64,000 nt of DNA from Octopus sinensis (taxonomy: Eukaryota). This document shows positions 23,651 to 36,124 of the stretch, piece by piece. The DNA lies in the NCBI RefSeq assembly GCF_006345805.1, contig NC_043013.1, positions 16,430,001-16,494,000 on the forward strand. The letters run 5' to 3'. Within the stretch, counting starts at the first letter, position 1, and the number at the start of each line of letters is the position of its first letter. The position numbers were made by a program, and so were the translations under genes. Below the pieces are notes generated by a model. It saw nothing but the letters and a program-made list of their open reading frames with translations, searched no databases and was not told the origin of the DNA.

Positions 23651-25820
23651 CACAAGTTTGCATTTTCAGACGAAGTGAATGATGATTGTCTACTTATAGG
23701 TGATTCTGAAGCAGTTTTTAATACTAATTTCAAACATGTTTTTAGTTTTTGCCTATCAAGTAGATTTTGCACAAATGGCTGCCAAAAATATGATGATTTT
23801 TTCTTGTTATTCATTCCTTTTTGTGACAGACTTTTAAACAGGATTATGATGAAATCAAGAACAAATGACTAGAACACTAATAAAAAATAACTGAATTGCA
23901 TGTAGGCCTATATATTGGCTAAATATATATTTTTAATGTACATATCATGGCTTTAAAGTAATTTACTCCTTTTCAAACTTCCTTTACTTTGATTTCCTTT
24001 CAGCTTTTGGTAGTTGCTTGCAGTTTCTCTTTAGGATCCAGCAGTAATCCGCCATCATGTTTACATTCCACCTCCACCGGTACCTCGCCTCCATTTCCTT
24101 AATGTCCTAATGAAATCTCTCACTGTGCTCTTCGCGTAGATTGCTATGGGACACCGGGAAATAGTCGAGGTGTGAGTGAAGGAAGTGCCTTTTAACATTC
24201 ATGTGGCACCCAAGCATTTTAAAGTTTTGCAACATGGTATCAACTATGACTTTGTAATTTGTACACTTATTGTTTCCCAAAAAAGTTCTCGACAATACTC
24301 TTGAAGTTCCTGCATGCCTGTTTTTGAGATTCATTCATAGATATCTCATAATCTGGACCAACAAATATTCATGCTGTAATTTTCTCACTGGTTTTATTTG
24401 AGCATTTCTTTTAGAGATACTGCAAACATGGTCCATCTGCAGGCAAAGATTCAATGAACTGTTTCATTAAACCCAGCTTGATGTGCAAAGGTGGTAGCGG
24501 TTCTTTTGTAGGTTCAATAAAGGGCTTGTGCAGAATGTTTTTGGATCCAGATAACAAACTTCTCCTTTGTAGCCAGATTTTAACCATCCAGTGCTTTTTT
24601 AGCTCTGCTATCCAATTCAAATAAGAAGCATGGCATATTTGTGTAGCCTACCCGCAGGCCTAAAAGCATGCCTATAATTTTTAAATCTCCACGCATTTGC
24701 CAGTGGTATTCTGCAAACTTTATATTTAACAAAAGTATTTTTACATTTTCATACGTCTCCTTTAGTTGTACAGAATGTTTCACTGGAATGGATGACTACT
24801 TATTTCCATTCTGTAGCAAGACAGCCTTCAAACTCCTTTTGGAGGAAATCAATGAACAGCCTCCATTCTGAGGGTTTTTTCTTGATCTCCAAATAGTTCA
24901 GCAGGTTTAGAATATTATAGCAAAACACCCACAGCGAAGAATGGTAACAACTCCTGTAATGATACAAAGAGAAGGTTCCAGGTAACAAAAGTTTTTTTCA
25001 CTTTTAGCCTAGAGCCAACAAGTTCCGCTGCGTCGTTTGGTAGGTTCAGGTTTCTCACCAAATCATTGAGCTCTTCCTGTGTAAATAACTGCGGATTTTC
25101 GATTTTGTCAGGAGTGTAGTCATTACCTTCGTCTTCACATTTGTCTTCATCACTATCTGATGTAACATTTTTCAAAGCAAGTGAGAGGAGAGGAACCGAA
25201 ATGTCAACCCCATGTGCCGTATAACCGAGGGAATATAATGATACAAAATTTTATGTTTATTTTTTTTTTAACTGTACCCACCAACGTTGGTAATGTAGAA
25301 CTAACAATAATCAGCGTGGTTATTCGGCTCTCGTCACACCACTGGTATTCCAAGGGGCATTTCTTTTTTCTTACCGGCTCTCCAGAGTTTCAGCCCTTCA
25401 ACACAAATGTGACATACTTTGTGTGGAGCCAAGGTCTTAATCACTGAGTTTAACACCAAAATAAGTGAAGTATAGATCTTTTACAAGATCAGTTGATTTT
25501 TATCTCAACTTAACAACATCTCTACTACAAATGTAACAGAATATATATATTCATTTTAAATGGAGTTTATAAGTACTGTTTTACTTTTACTAATATTAGG
25601 TCAGCATTGGTTTGTATCAATCTATTTTGTTGAGCAAAATATATCAGATAATCACTGCCATCTGATTCACTGATAACATAATACAGAAAAAAAACAAAGT
25701 TTTATTACAGAAAAACTAGACGTGGTGGAGTAAAACTAACAGCAGATTTGAAATCAGAGTACAAAAATTGCTTCAAACGTTATGCAGACATTCAAACATC
25801 AAAAATCATGCAGACTTGAG
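23651..25820 (-). mobile_element. Complete Chapaev3-like (CMC superfamily) DNA transposon, degenerate transposase
   Basis: Terminal CACAAGTTTGCAT versus the reverse complement of the right end, CTCAAGTCTGCAT (11/13). TTA flanks both ends (23648-50, 25821-23). Minus-strand fragments read APHKVCHICVE, WREPNNH, HSVQLKETYEN, LPPLHIKLGLMKQF and HFLHSHLDYFP. The family name is from recall, not from a search. Confidence 0.8.
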
Positions 25821-26031
25821 TTATATTAAACATTTTGATAGTGCCTTCGTTTTAAACACACAAATGCAGAATAATACAGACCTTCTCACTCTCTAATAAT
25901 ATAGACCTTATCTCTCACCCCTCTCTCTCCTTCTCTCTCTCTCTCTTTCTTTTTTTTGTGTTTTCCCTTTCTATTTTTTCACTGATTCAACAATTCCCAT
26001 TTCGTCTCTTTCTTTGTCTCCCTTTCTACTC

Positions 26032-26106
<75 letters not shown>

Positions 26107-26175
26107 TTTTACATTCGAGTTATAACTTCCTTTGATGACGTAAGAGTAACACACGGATGAAACAGGCAAGAACAA

Positions 26176-26747
26176 TAATAATAATAATTCATTCTTTTGT
26201 TGGCCACTAGCCCAACAAAATCTACATAAAATGAAATGACACGACATACAAGAGGATACAAAGAGTTTTTTAACGCGTGTAAACAATAAAAAATAATAAT
26301 TAAACAATAAAATCTCCCAATAGGGGAAGGCGCTTTAAGGTTCCTCGTGGAAAATACCACAAAAGCCACGGGTAAGAGCAGGGCAAGAGCCCTTTTCCTT
26401 TTATTTCTACACAGGTGTATGCTCAGAATTGGTCCTTTCACATTGGCCATTCTTCCGACATTCGCCCACCTTTCAACAAACTTGCTTCAAGGCAATACTT
26501 CCCTCTCCACCCTCAATTTCGTTTTCAAATGAAACTTGAAGAAGTTGATGAGGGCTTGACCAAAGAGGAAAGTGCCTGATTTTAGCCCCTTCAAACGAGT
26601 CCACCGTACTACCTCTTTCGCTATATCCACCAGACAAAGAACAATTGCCTGTCCCTCCCGGCCAAATGAAGATGGCGAGGCAATCCTCGCTATGGATTCA
26701 GTTGATAGCCGGATCCGACCTACACGCGACATAAACCCACAGGTCAG
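26176..26747 (-). mobile_element. Tx1-like LINE 3' fragment
   Basis: LMSRVGRIRLSTESI...AKEVVRWTRLKGLKSGTFLFGQALINFFKFHLK. Confidence 0.8.
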
Positions 26748-26748
26748 C

Positions 26749-26816
<68 letters not shown>

Positions 26817-26839
26817 CAACAACAACAACAACAACAACA

Positions 26840-27480
26840 AAAATCAGTATTGCTTGGAACTGCAACAATTCGCTGGGTTCTTGAAGCATGACCAGTAAAC
26901 GTGACCTTAGTATGCTGGCTGTGGACAGCTGACACTTACCATCATACCTCCTAGCAAAATAAGCTGTGGATTTTCATATAATAATAATAAGAATGTGGGA
27001 CAGGAATAGCATCTCTCTAATCGATGCTCGGAGACCAGATATTGTGATAGATAAACGAAAAACAGAAACCAAGATTATAGATATTGCAATACCAGGAGAT
27101 GCACACATAAATGACAAAGAACTAGAAAAGATTGAAAAGTACAGACTACTGAAAAAGGAAATTGCAAGAATGTTGACAACAAGGAGACTGTCTGTCATCC
27201 CTGTAGTTTGAGCACTAACAACGAAGTTCGAGAAATATGTGAGAGAAATCGGAATTGACATGAGAGCAGAGCAAGCTCCCAAAACTGCTCTGCTAGAAAC
27301 AGCTAAGATTTCGAGATTGATATTTGGATGTTGAATGTCTTCCATGATAATGAACAACCAAGTATCAAAGCCTACAATGCGCAGAAAGAGACCCTGTGAA
27401 ACCTCTGACAACAGGCTGCCGTTTGCTCTCACATAATCAACTAGAGCAAACAAGACCGGGTGCTCTGAGAAGTAAAACTA
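26840..27480 (+). mobile_element. Two stacked R4/Dong-like 3' fragments separated by (TAA)n
   Basis: QKSVLLGTATIRWVLEA* (26840-26978), then ARRPDIVIDK..TKIIDIAIPGD..ELEKIEKY (26990-27480). Confidence 0.75.
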
Positions 27481-27599
27481 TAATAACAATAATAATAAAA
27501 ATTAAGCAAAATAATGGTGTCTTGTTCTTTTCATTTTTCTCCTTGTAAATCTTCAGAACTTCAAGAAGATTGTTAATCTCACAGATATGACGACTATAT

Positions 27600-27775
27600 A
27601 CTTGCTTACTTGCACTTGTGGAGACATTCGCCCTGGGCGGGTTGAGTCGGCTTCTTCTACCACCCTCGAGGCATCTCGAACCGTGACAGCCCACGCACGA
27701 CGGTCCTGCGCCAGTTCACTGGAGATAGCGAGCCAGTCACGATTCCATCGGCGCAGGCCGACCACCTGCGGACCC
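27600..27775 (-). mobile_element. Short RTE 3' end with 15-bp TSD, nested in an older RTE-like fragment (to about 28050)
   Basis: ELAQDRRAWAVTVRD and a caagtaagcaagt-type tail. atatgacgactatat is duplicated at 27585-27599 and 27776-27790. Confidence 0.8.
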
Positions 27776-28145
27776 ATATGACGACTATATGGAGCACATA
27801 AGTGATGTACTGTATTCGGGAGCCTCATTTACATCCTGCTTTTACCCAGACGAGCTGTTCACATCTTTTGGTTTCAACGATGATGGTTATGAAACTAAAA
27901 GTCTATTCTGGCTGCTGGGTTCTTGGAACCATCGTCTGCGGTTAATGTTTCATCTTTCTCCGGCATTCTTTTTCCCCACATTAACTTTCCCAACGGAGCA
28001 TATTTTATCTCTCGTGACGGCTAGCAATAATATCAACTTGGTTGCGCTTTAATTATGATACTGAACATACACATCGATGTATACTTGTGATAACGTATTT
28101 ATATTTACACACGTGTGTGTGTATATGTATGTATAAACGTATGTC

Positions 28146-28193
<48 letters not shown>

Positions 28194-28299
28194 CAACGGA
28201 AACAGTATTAACACCGACTAGCAGTCTTAATATTCGGTTTAACGTGGGATGTATTTTGAGAACGCCTTATTGCTTCAGTATTCGCCTTGGGAGCTCCTC

Positions 28300-28712
28300 T
28301 TATATAGATGCACAGTGCTAAAACCATATGTATAACTTTAGCCGGGGAAAGTCGTCTGGCATGATTTGCGGAACTGCTAGATCACGTGGTTTCAGTGTAT
28401 ATGGCTTTCATCAGTAACAGGCTTCCGTTCACCACATGCCAGCCAAATTCCAACACCAAACTTAATATCGGCAATGAAAGCAGTATTAATAGCAATCTAT
28501 ATTCTACTTATAGAAGTTGTACTGTTAGCACATCATAACACTGTCTTGAGACATTCTTGCGTATAGACGTATGGTGCTAAAACCGCGCACATATTGTTAG
28601 CAGAAGAGAATCGACTGACACGCGTAGTGGAACTGCTAGATAACGCGATAGCGTACATGTGCATCATCATTAACAGGTATCTGGTCAACGCATGCCAATC
28701 AGATTCCACCCT
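28300..28712 (-). repeat. Decayed 259-bp tandem duplication carrying degenerate hammerheads (retrozyme-like)
   Basis: gtgctaaaacc at 28315 and 28574; ctgctagat at 28374 and 28633. Minus strand of unit 1 reads ctgtta-CTGATGA...GAAAC-cacgtg-ATC-tagcag. Confidence 0.55.
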
Positions 28713-29141
28713 GAATGGCTTAAGGAAAAAACGTGACTGTTCAATCATTGATATCGCAAACGGTCGGAAGGCTCAATTCCTTGCGAGTTAACCTTGGGAT
28801 TCCCTGACAACAAATTAACCTTCATTTAACTAAGGTATCTTCAGCCTGATGAATAGCTAGTGGAGTACCCTTCGTTGAGTAATTATTACTTCAGAGGTTC
28901 TGCAAGCTTGGAAACATATGTAACCTGGATTTTACATATATATATATATATATATAAAATTATATACAATATAATACAATAGATGAACTAATTGCTTGGC
29001 AATTTTTAACATCTGTGTATTAGTCTTGTTGGGTACCTATCTAGCAGTATATTGGATATATGTTATCCCATGGTGGGTTGAATTTTTCAACCCTATCTCA
29101 TTTTATAACCTAAATATATATATATAATATATATATATAAT

Positions 29142-29187
<46 letters not shown>

Positions 29188-29445
29188 ATGTATGTATTAT
29201 GCATATGTGTATATATGTGATGTATATATGTATATATATATTTATGCATATCTATATTTATGTATACATACATATATAATATATTTATTGTATATATATA
29301 TGTATATATATATTATATATGTGTGTGTGTTGTGTGGTGTGTGGTGGTTGTGTGTGTATGCATGTATATATATGTATATATATGCGTACATATATTATGC
29401 ATAACATTGAAGAAGATGTAATACTGGCCATAGATGAGATTGACA

Positions 29446-30396
29446 CAACGGGTCAGGCATCGGTCAATCATGTGGGTGAGGGTGTGTAGGTGTTCTTTGT
29501 GACCGAGAATAAGTTCTGACTATTTAAGGAATATTGGATGTTTTATAAGGGGCGAGAAAAATCTACTTAGAGACGTGTGTGTGTTATACTGTTCTATATA
29601 TGTGTGTGTTGGCGTAGGGGTAGAAAACTTTTTTGTGTACGTGTGTGGTTTGATCGTTCGGCTGTCAGTGGCTACTGCCGTGATAACGTTGGGTGGCAGA
29701 AAAAAATATATATATCATGTTTATGTGTGTTGTGTTCATCTAAGCCTGCCTTGTCAAAGAAACCCCCGCTGTGAAAAAACCAAGCCCCGTTTGTCTTAGG
29801 AGTAATTCCCTTGCAGTGGTTAATCGTAGATATCTTAAAGGCTATTTCAGAATTGTTACCAAGGGCTATGGGGCCGGATGGTAAACGGACTTTTACAGTC
29901 GGCTTTTCGATGCCCCATGGCGGCGTTACACTATCTGGCTTTTAATAGGCGTTTAAAATAATACCGGCACCATAGCCCTTGGTAACAATTCTGAAAAGCC
30001 TTTAAGATATCTACGATTAACCACTGCAAGGGGAATTACTCCTGTAAGACAAACGGGCTTGGTTTTTTCACAGCGGGGGGTTCCTTGACAAGGCAGGCTT
30101 AGATGAACACACACACACATAAAACATGATATATATTTTTTTTTTTTCTGCCACCCAACGGTTATCACGGCAGTAGCCACTGACAGCCGAACGATCAAAC
30201 GCACACACGTACACAAAATGTTTTCTACCCTACGCCAACACACACATATAGAACAGTATACACACACACACGTTTTTTATCTGCACCTTATAAAACATCA
30301 AAGTCCATTAAAAGTCAGAACTTTATTCTCGGTCACATAAGAACACCGGTAAACCACACACCCTCACCCACATGATTGACCGATGCCTGACCGTTG
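29446..30396. repeat. Long inverted repeat (arms 29446-29877 and 29964-30396, 86-bp spacer)
   Basis: The arms are reverse complements that differ mainly by small indels. Confidence 0.9.
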
Positions 30397-30515
30397 AATT
30401 CTTCAGCCACCGGTTCTCAAATACACTGATAAACAGTTTCGCCATGGGCCTTAGGAGCATAGTTCGATTTGTTTTGCTCCGCCTCTGTTCTGTTTGTTTT
30501 TTCCAACGGATTTCC

Positions 30516-30608
30516 TATTTTCTTCCTGAAGAGAAAGACACAATATGGTCCCATTATTCATCGGATTTTGGTAATTTGTGCCTTTCGAAACACGTGTAGA
30601 ATGAAATA
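30516..30608 (+). ncRNA. Type I hammerhead ribozyme motif
   Basis: tattttcttc-CTGAAGA-gaaag...ctttc-GAAAC-acgt-GTA-gaatgaaata. Stem I pairs at 9/10, stem II has 5 bp plus an extension, and stem III is the palindrome acacgtgt. Confidence 0.85.
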
Positions 30609-30996
30609 AAACGATTTCTGTTCAATCTGCGTTCAGCTCCATTCTTCAATTCACCAATAATGTTCTAATTTCAATTATCCGCACCAACGCACGGTTGCAA
30701 ACACTTATGGTGTACCTCCAACCGTGCTGTTTTACTGCTGTGATTTTTACTACTAAGGTATAGGTTAAACTTTTGATTAATCTACTACAAGATTATTCAT
30801 CTTTCTATTTCACATAATATATATTATATATATATATATATATAATTATATATATATATGTATGTATGTATGTATGTATGCATATATATGTATGCATAGT
30901 GTATATATGTGTATGTATATAGTATATATATATTTATGCATATCTATATTTATGTATACATACATATATATATATATTTATGTGTATATATATATG

Positions 30997-31039
<43 letters not shown>

Positions 31040-31085
31040 ATGCATGTATATATATGTATATATATGCGTTCATATATTATGCATA

Positions 31086-32075
31086 AACATTGAAGAAGAT
31101 GTAATACTGGCCATAGATGAGATTGACACAAACTCAGATGCTGGCCCGGATGGATTTCCAGCGCTCCTACTCAAAACGATGCATGTCAGGCAGTAGTGGC
31201 CAGCGGAGCCACCTCCAAGGAAACACAAATAGCAAGTGATGCTTCAGTGATCACTGTCTTCGGGCTCTCTCATAGTGGCCCTCTCAGATATGCCCTCGGC
31301 TGCTCATAGAGCCACCTTTGCTAGCTATGCAGATCATACAAAAGTCTCTCAGACAATACAAAATCCTGGAAGTATTGCACATCTGCAACGGGAGTTGGAC
31401 GCAATATACAGGTGGGCTGAGGACAACATGCAGTTTAATGCAGGAAAATTCCAGGCCCTACGCTACTAGCACACAAAGTTAAACGACATACAGACAGGAT
31501 ACACTGGTCCAGGAGGAATTGAAATACGTGAATCAAAATCAGTGCTTGACCTGAGCATTGACATGAGCAATGATGCATCTTTTCAAGTGCATATTACCAA
31601 TTTGGTAATAAAATGCAGACGGCTAGATGGATGTAATCTCCGAACTTTCAAAACAAGAGAAAAGGAGACATTGATGATCATCTGGAGAACATACATTCTC
31701 AGCCTTTTGGACTACTGCTCCCAGCAATGGTCACCACACAATATAAAATCCACGGTGGAACTCGAAGCAATTCAACGAAGCTACACTAAGAAAATCGTCT
31801 CGATGCAACGTATCAGCAACTGGGAAAGACTGGAAGATGTAAAACTCTTCTCCCTGCAACCAAGGCGGAAGAGATATGCAGTGATATATATTTGGAAAAT
31901 CCTAGAAGGCCTTTACCAAACTTTGGGATTGAAAGTTACTCAAACTGCAGAACGGGGCGTCACTGCATAGTGTTAAAGATCCCAGCATCGCCATCAAAAT
32001 ACAGGTCCCGATACTGCAACAGATTGGGCTTCGAGGGCCCACAGCTTTGTAATATCCTTCCAAAATGCCTGAGAT
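31086..32075 (+). mobile_element. CR1/L2-group LINE RT fragment
   Basis: AGPDGFPALLLK, ASYADHTK, LQRELDAIYRWAEDNMQFNAGKF, LDYCSQQWSPH and ELEAIQRSYTK. Internally deleted, with stops. Confidence 0.85.
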
Positions 32076-32135
32076 AAATAATTTAAATAAAAATATATAC
32101 ACATATATACATATATATACAAATGTATATATACA

Positions 32136-32185
<50 letters not shown>

Positions 32186-32474
32186 AGCGCGTCCGCGCAT
32201 GTGCATCAACGTGTGCACTCTCGCGCGCTGTGCTTGCGGACATTCGCGTGTACTTGTACGCGTGTTCTGGTGTGCATTTCGGTGATCGTGCGTGCGGGAG
32301 GGACGTGTGCGTGTGTGCCCAGCCATGAATTAGCGTGTCTGTGCGGGGGCGTGCATGCACATGTATGTGCATGTGGGTGCATTTCGGCGTATCCACTTAT
32401 ATTTACTATATTAGGTTTATCTTTGTGCTCTTCTTAATTTGTATTCCATTTTAGTTATCTATTTATCTATACAT

Positions 32475-32540
<66 letters not shown>

Positions 32541-33572
32541 TTATTTATTTTTGTTTATTTGGCACTTACTAACTTATAATTAATTTAATTTATAATTAAT
32601 GAACTTATATCTAAATTAATAGTAACTTCTGTTTACTTTTTGTGTATGTGTACGTATGTATGTTTATGTACGTATAGGTATGTTCGAGGGTGGATGTACG
32701 GATGTATGTTTTTCTTATACATATGAGTACGCAGGTGCGTATTTGGATATGTATATATGTATATGCGAATATTTATTCATGGGTGAATATAAGTATAGGT
32801 TTTATTTGTACGTGTGAGTGCGCAGATATATATTTAAATATGTATAGATGTGTGTGTGCGAATGTTCCCTGACACAGTATATGAGAGTGTATTAATATGT
32901 ATGGGTATATGCGGATGTGCATGTGAGTGTGTGTGTGTTAGTGTATAGACACTGCTGCCTGTACTGATTTGTCTATAAGCCATGCGATGACAGACATACA
33001 CTCTGCAATTTAGTGAATGTGTAGGGATGTGTCGGGGTGTATTCATGTGTGTGTGCATGTGTGTGTGAGTTTTTGTGTGGATGTGTGGGTTTAGGGTTGG
33101 ATGTGGATGTGTATGTTTTTCTTGTGCGGTGTGGTGGAGGTCTGGTGGCTCTCGGCGGACCAACCGTGAGGAAGACAATGATAATTTAAATTCAAATCCA
33201 ATAGTGTATTTATGTCATAAGGAAAATTACTAACTGGAACCCGGACATACATATGTACCACCTTGGATCCTAATGTAAGCGTTATTAATGATAATAATGG
33301 TAGCATTAATGGTATTGACAACGATAATGATGCTATCTTTAAAGACACTTTAGAAATTAGTAGGAAGTAATATAATGTACTATTGACTATGTATATTTGC
33401 ATCTAGGTACTAATATGTGTATGTTTATTATCACAATATTAAGTTGAAAAACTGAAACATTGAATGTGGAACATATATATGTTTACTAATTTATATTATT
33501 TATTTACATCATTATGTATATGTATATTTTTATATGTATAGGAGTGTGAGTATATGCACTCATATGTATATG

Positions 33573-33705
33573 TATATCTCCGAAGAGGCCTTATGATATT
33601 TTTATAAATGTCTCATTTATATCTATATATTGACCTACCATAAAAGGCTAATATTGGTAAAATGAGACATACTTATCTACATGGCCGAAACAGCTGTAAG
33701 ATATA
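33573..33705 (+). ncRNA. Type I hammerhead ribozyme motif (U4C core variant)
   Basis: tatatct-CCGAAGA-ggcc...ggcc-GAAAC-agct-GTA-agatata. Stem I is a perfect 7 bp, and the long stem II insert contains atgtctcattt/aaatgagacat. Confidence 0.75.
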
Positions 33706-33947
33706 ATCTATACTTATATTTATATTTACTTATATTTATATTCTCTTTTTTATATATATTCTACTTATTATACAACATTACTCTTTTATGTACACTTTTT
33801 ATGTACATTCCTTTATGTACACTGATTTGTTCTGCTTTTTTATGTTTAACCCTACAGTCTCTTATGTGGTGGTTTAATAAAGTATGTGATTGAGTATTAT
33901 CTGGTAATTGATATTTGATTTAGATGTATTTCTCCATTTTCTTATCT

Positions 33948-34001
<54 letters not shown>

Positions 34002-34190
34002 TATATATAATGTATATATACATATATATGTGTGTGTGTATATACATATGTATATATGTACATATACATACATATATATGTATATATATATATATATGTA
34101 TATATGTATATATATATATGTATATGTATGTATACATATATATGTATACATGCACGTATATATATTTATATATACATATGTATATATATA

Positions 34191-34234
<44 letters not shown>

Positions 34235-34593
34235 TTATAAAATGAGATAGGGGTTGAAAATTCAACCCACCATGGGATAATATATATCCAATATACTGCC
34301 AGATAGGTACCCAACAAGACTAATACATAGATGTTAAAAATTGTCAAACAATCAGTTCATCTATTGTATTATATGGGTAAAGGTAATAATATTACCGTAA
34401 ATTAATACTACAAAATTAGAGAATGGAGAAACATACTTAAATCAATAAAACATCAACTATCCGATGATACCCAATCAATACTTTAATACACCATTACATA
34501 TGAGTAAAGGCATTATACAAAATAAAATATACAGTAATAGTAAAAAGACAAAGAGATATAAGTAAAAAATTTCAAATATAATATGTAATTAAA

Positions 34594-34713
34594 TCAAAAC
34601 TGACAGCTGTTTCGGCAGTGAGGGCAGTCATACCTCATTTAACCTATAAGCCATAAAGGCAGGTATAAATGAGGCATTAACAAGGATGCCCCACGGCCTC
34701 TTCAGAGAATTAA
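34594..34713 (-). ncRNA. Type I hammerhead ribozyme motif
   Basis: Minus strand reads ttaattct-CTGAAGA-ggc...gcc-GAAAC-agct-GTC-agttttga. The core and GUC triplet are canonical, stem II is long and paired, and stem I has two mismatches. Confidence 0.75.
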
Positions 34714-35061
34714 ATTAAATTTGTTATAATTGTGAAAAATATTATATAACCATATACATATAAATATAAAAATATAAAAATGTAAAATATAAAAAATATA
34801 AAAACTTATACATCATAATGCTACACTTAAAAAATATAATACTCATTGGTACAATAAAGGAAGGTAAACAGAACAAAATAAAACAAAATATATATCAGTG
34901 TATATATTAATATTAATAAGTACCGATATTATACATATTTGGCTAATAGTTTTTAAAAAAAAAAAAAACTAACGCATAGGGAGATGAAAAATAATAATTA
35001 AAACCATGGTTCAGTTCATAAAATTCTAAAGCTATAAAAGTTAATAAAAATTACTATTAAT

Positions 35062-35119
<58 letters not shown>

Positions 35120-35168
35120 GATACAGTTATGTTTGCACCAAGTTCATCCTTTCAAGATCGAAATAACT

Positions 35169-35214
<46 letters not shown>

Positions 35215-35460
35215 TGTATGTATGTATGTATGTATGTATGTATGTATGTATGCATGTATGTATGTGTATATAGATGTATATTGCTGTCTCTAGGTCACGT
35301 AACTTGGCCGTTTGACAAAATGCACCGATAGAATAAGTACTAGGCTTACAAAGAATAAATCCTGGGGTCGATTTCCTTGACTAAATGCTTTGTTCCAGCA
35401 TGGCCGTAGTCACATGACCGAAACAAGTAAAACAATAAAAAAAAACTATGCCATTTTAAT

Positions 35461-35489
35461 CCCGAGCAACGCCGGGTATCTCTACTGGT
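35461..35489 (+). mobile_element. Helitron-type 3' terminus (subterminal hairpin plus CTRR-like end)
   Basis: cccgagcaacgccggg hairpin followed by tatctctactggt. A possible Helitron-type 5' end, tcttatatttataaaatagaagcgg...gtctgtctgt, lies near 16515. Confidence 0.5.
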
Positions 35490-35827
35490 TACTTCTATTT
35501 GTCATTTCTTGTTACTTCAGTTAAAAATTAAGAAATAGCTCAAAATATTTTTTGCACTTTAAAAAATTCACTTTTTTAATTATTTATTAATAATTAGAAA
35601 TTTGAAAGTAGGTTATAAAAATAATAGTAGTACATAATTAGCTACTACAGTAAATAGAATAATACAAAAATTAGTGATATATTATCGTAAAATCTACCTA
35701 TAACAACAAATTCACAGTAAGATTTGCTTGAGTTATTGCCTAAGTTATTGCCAAGTCTTCACATTTTTAGTCTTGACCCAATGCTTACATTTTACATAAT
35801 GAATTTGCCTACCATATATACTATTCT

Positions 35828-36124
35828 GTGAGGGTTAGAGCAGCGGACTTGCGGTTAGGGGATCGTGGGTTCGAATCTGAGACCGGGTGATGTGTGCGTT
35901 TATGAGCGAAGCACCTAAGCTCCACGGGGCTCTGACAGGGGGTAATGACGAACTTCTGCTGATTCTTTCGTCACAACTTTCTCTCACTCTTTCTTCCTGC
36001 ATTTAGAAGCTCACCTGCGACGGACCGTCGTCCCGTCCAGGTGGGGAACCTATAAGCCAATGAAACCGGGTAACCGCCTCTTATGACCCAGACATGGCTC
36101 GAGAAGGAACAAACAACAACAACA
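35828..36124 (+). mobile_element. SINE family 2 variant with 12-bp TSD
   Basis: atatactattct at 35816-35827 and 36125-36136. Tail catggctcgagaaggaac followed by (AAC)n. Confidence 0.85.

Noticed and set aside
28533-28791. ORFs on both strands of the 259-bp duplication, one faintly GPCR TM3-TM4-like
   Set aside because: Similarity between units appears in both strands' frames and includes a stop, and is better explained by nucleotide duplication of a hammerhead-bearing unit.
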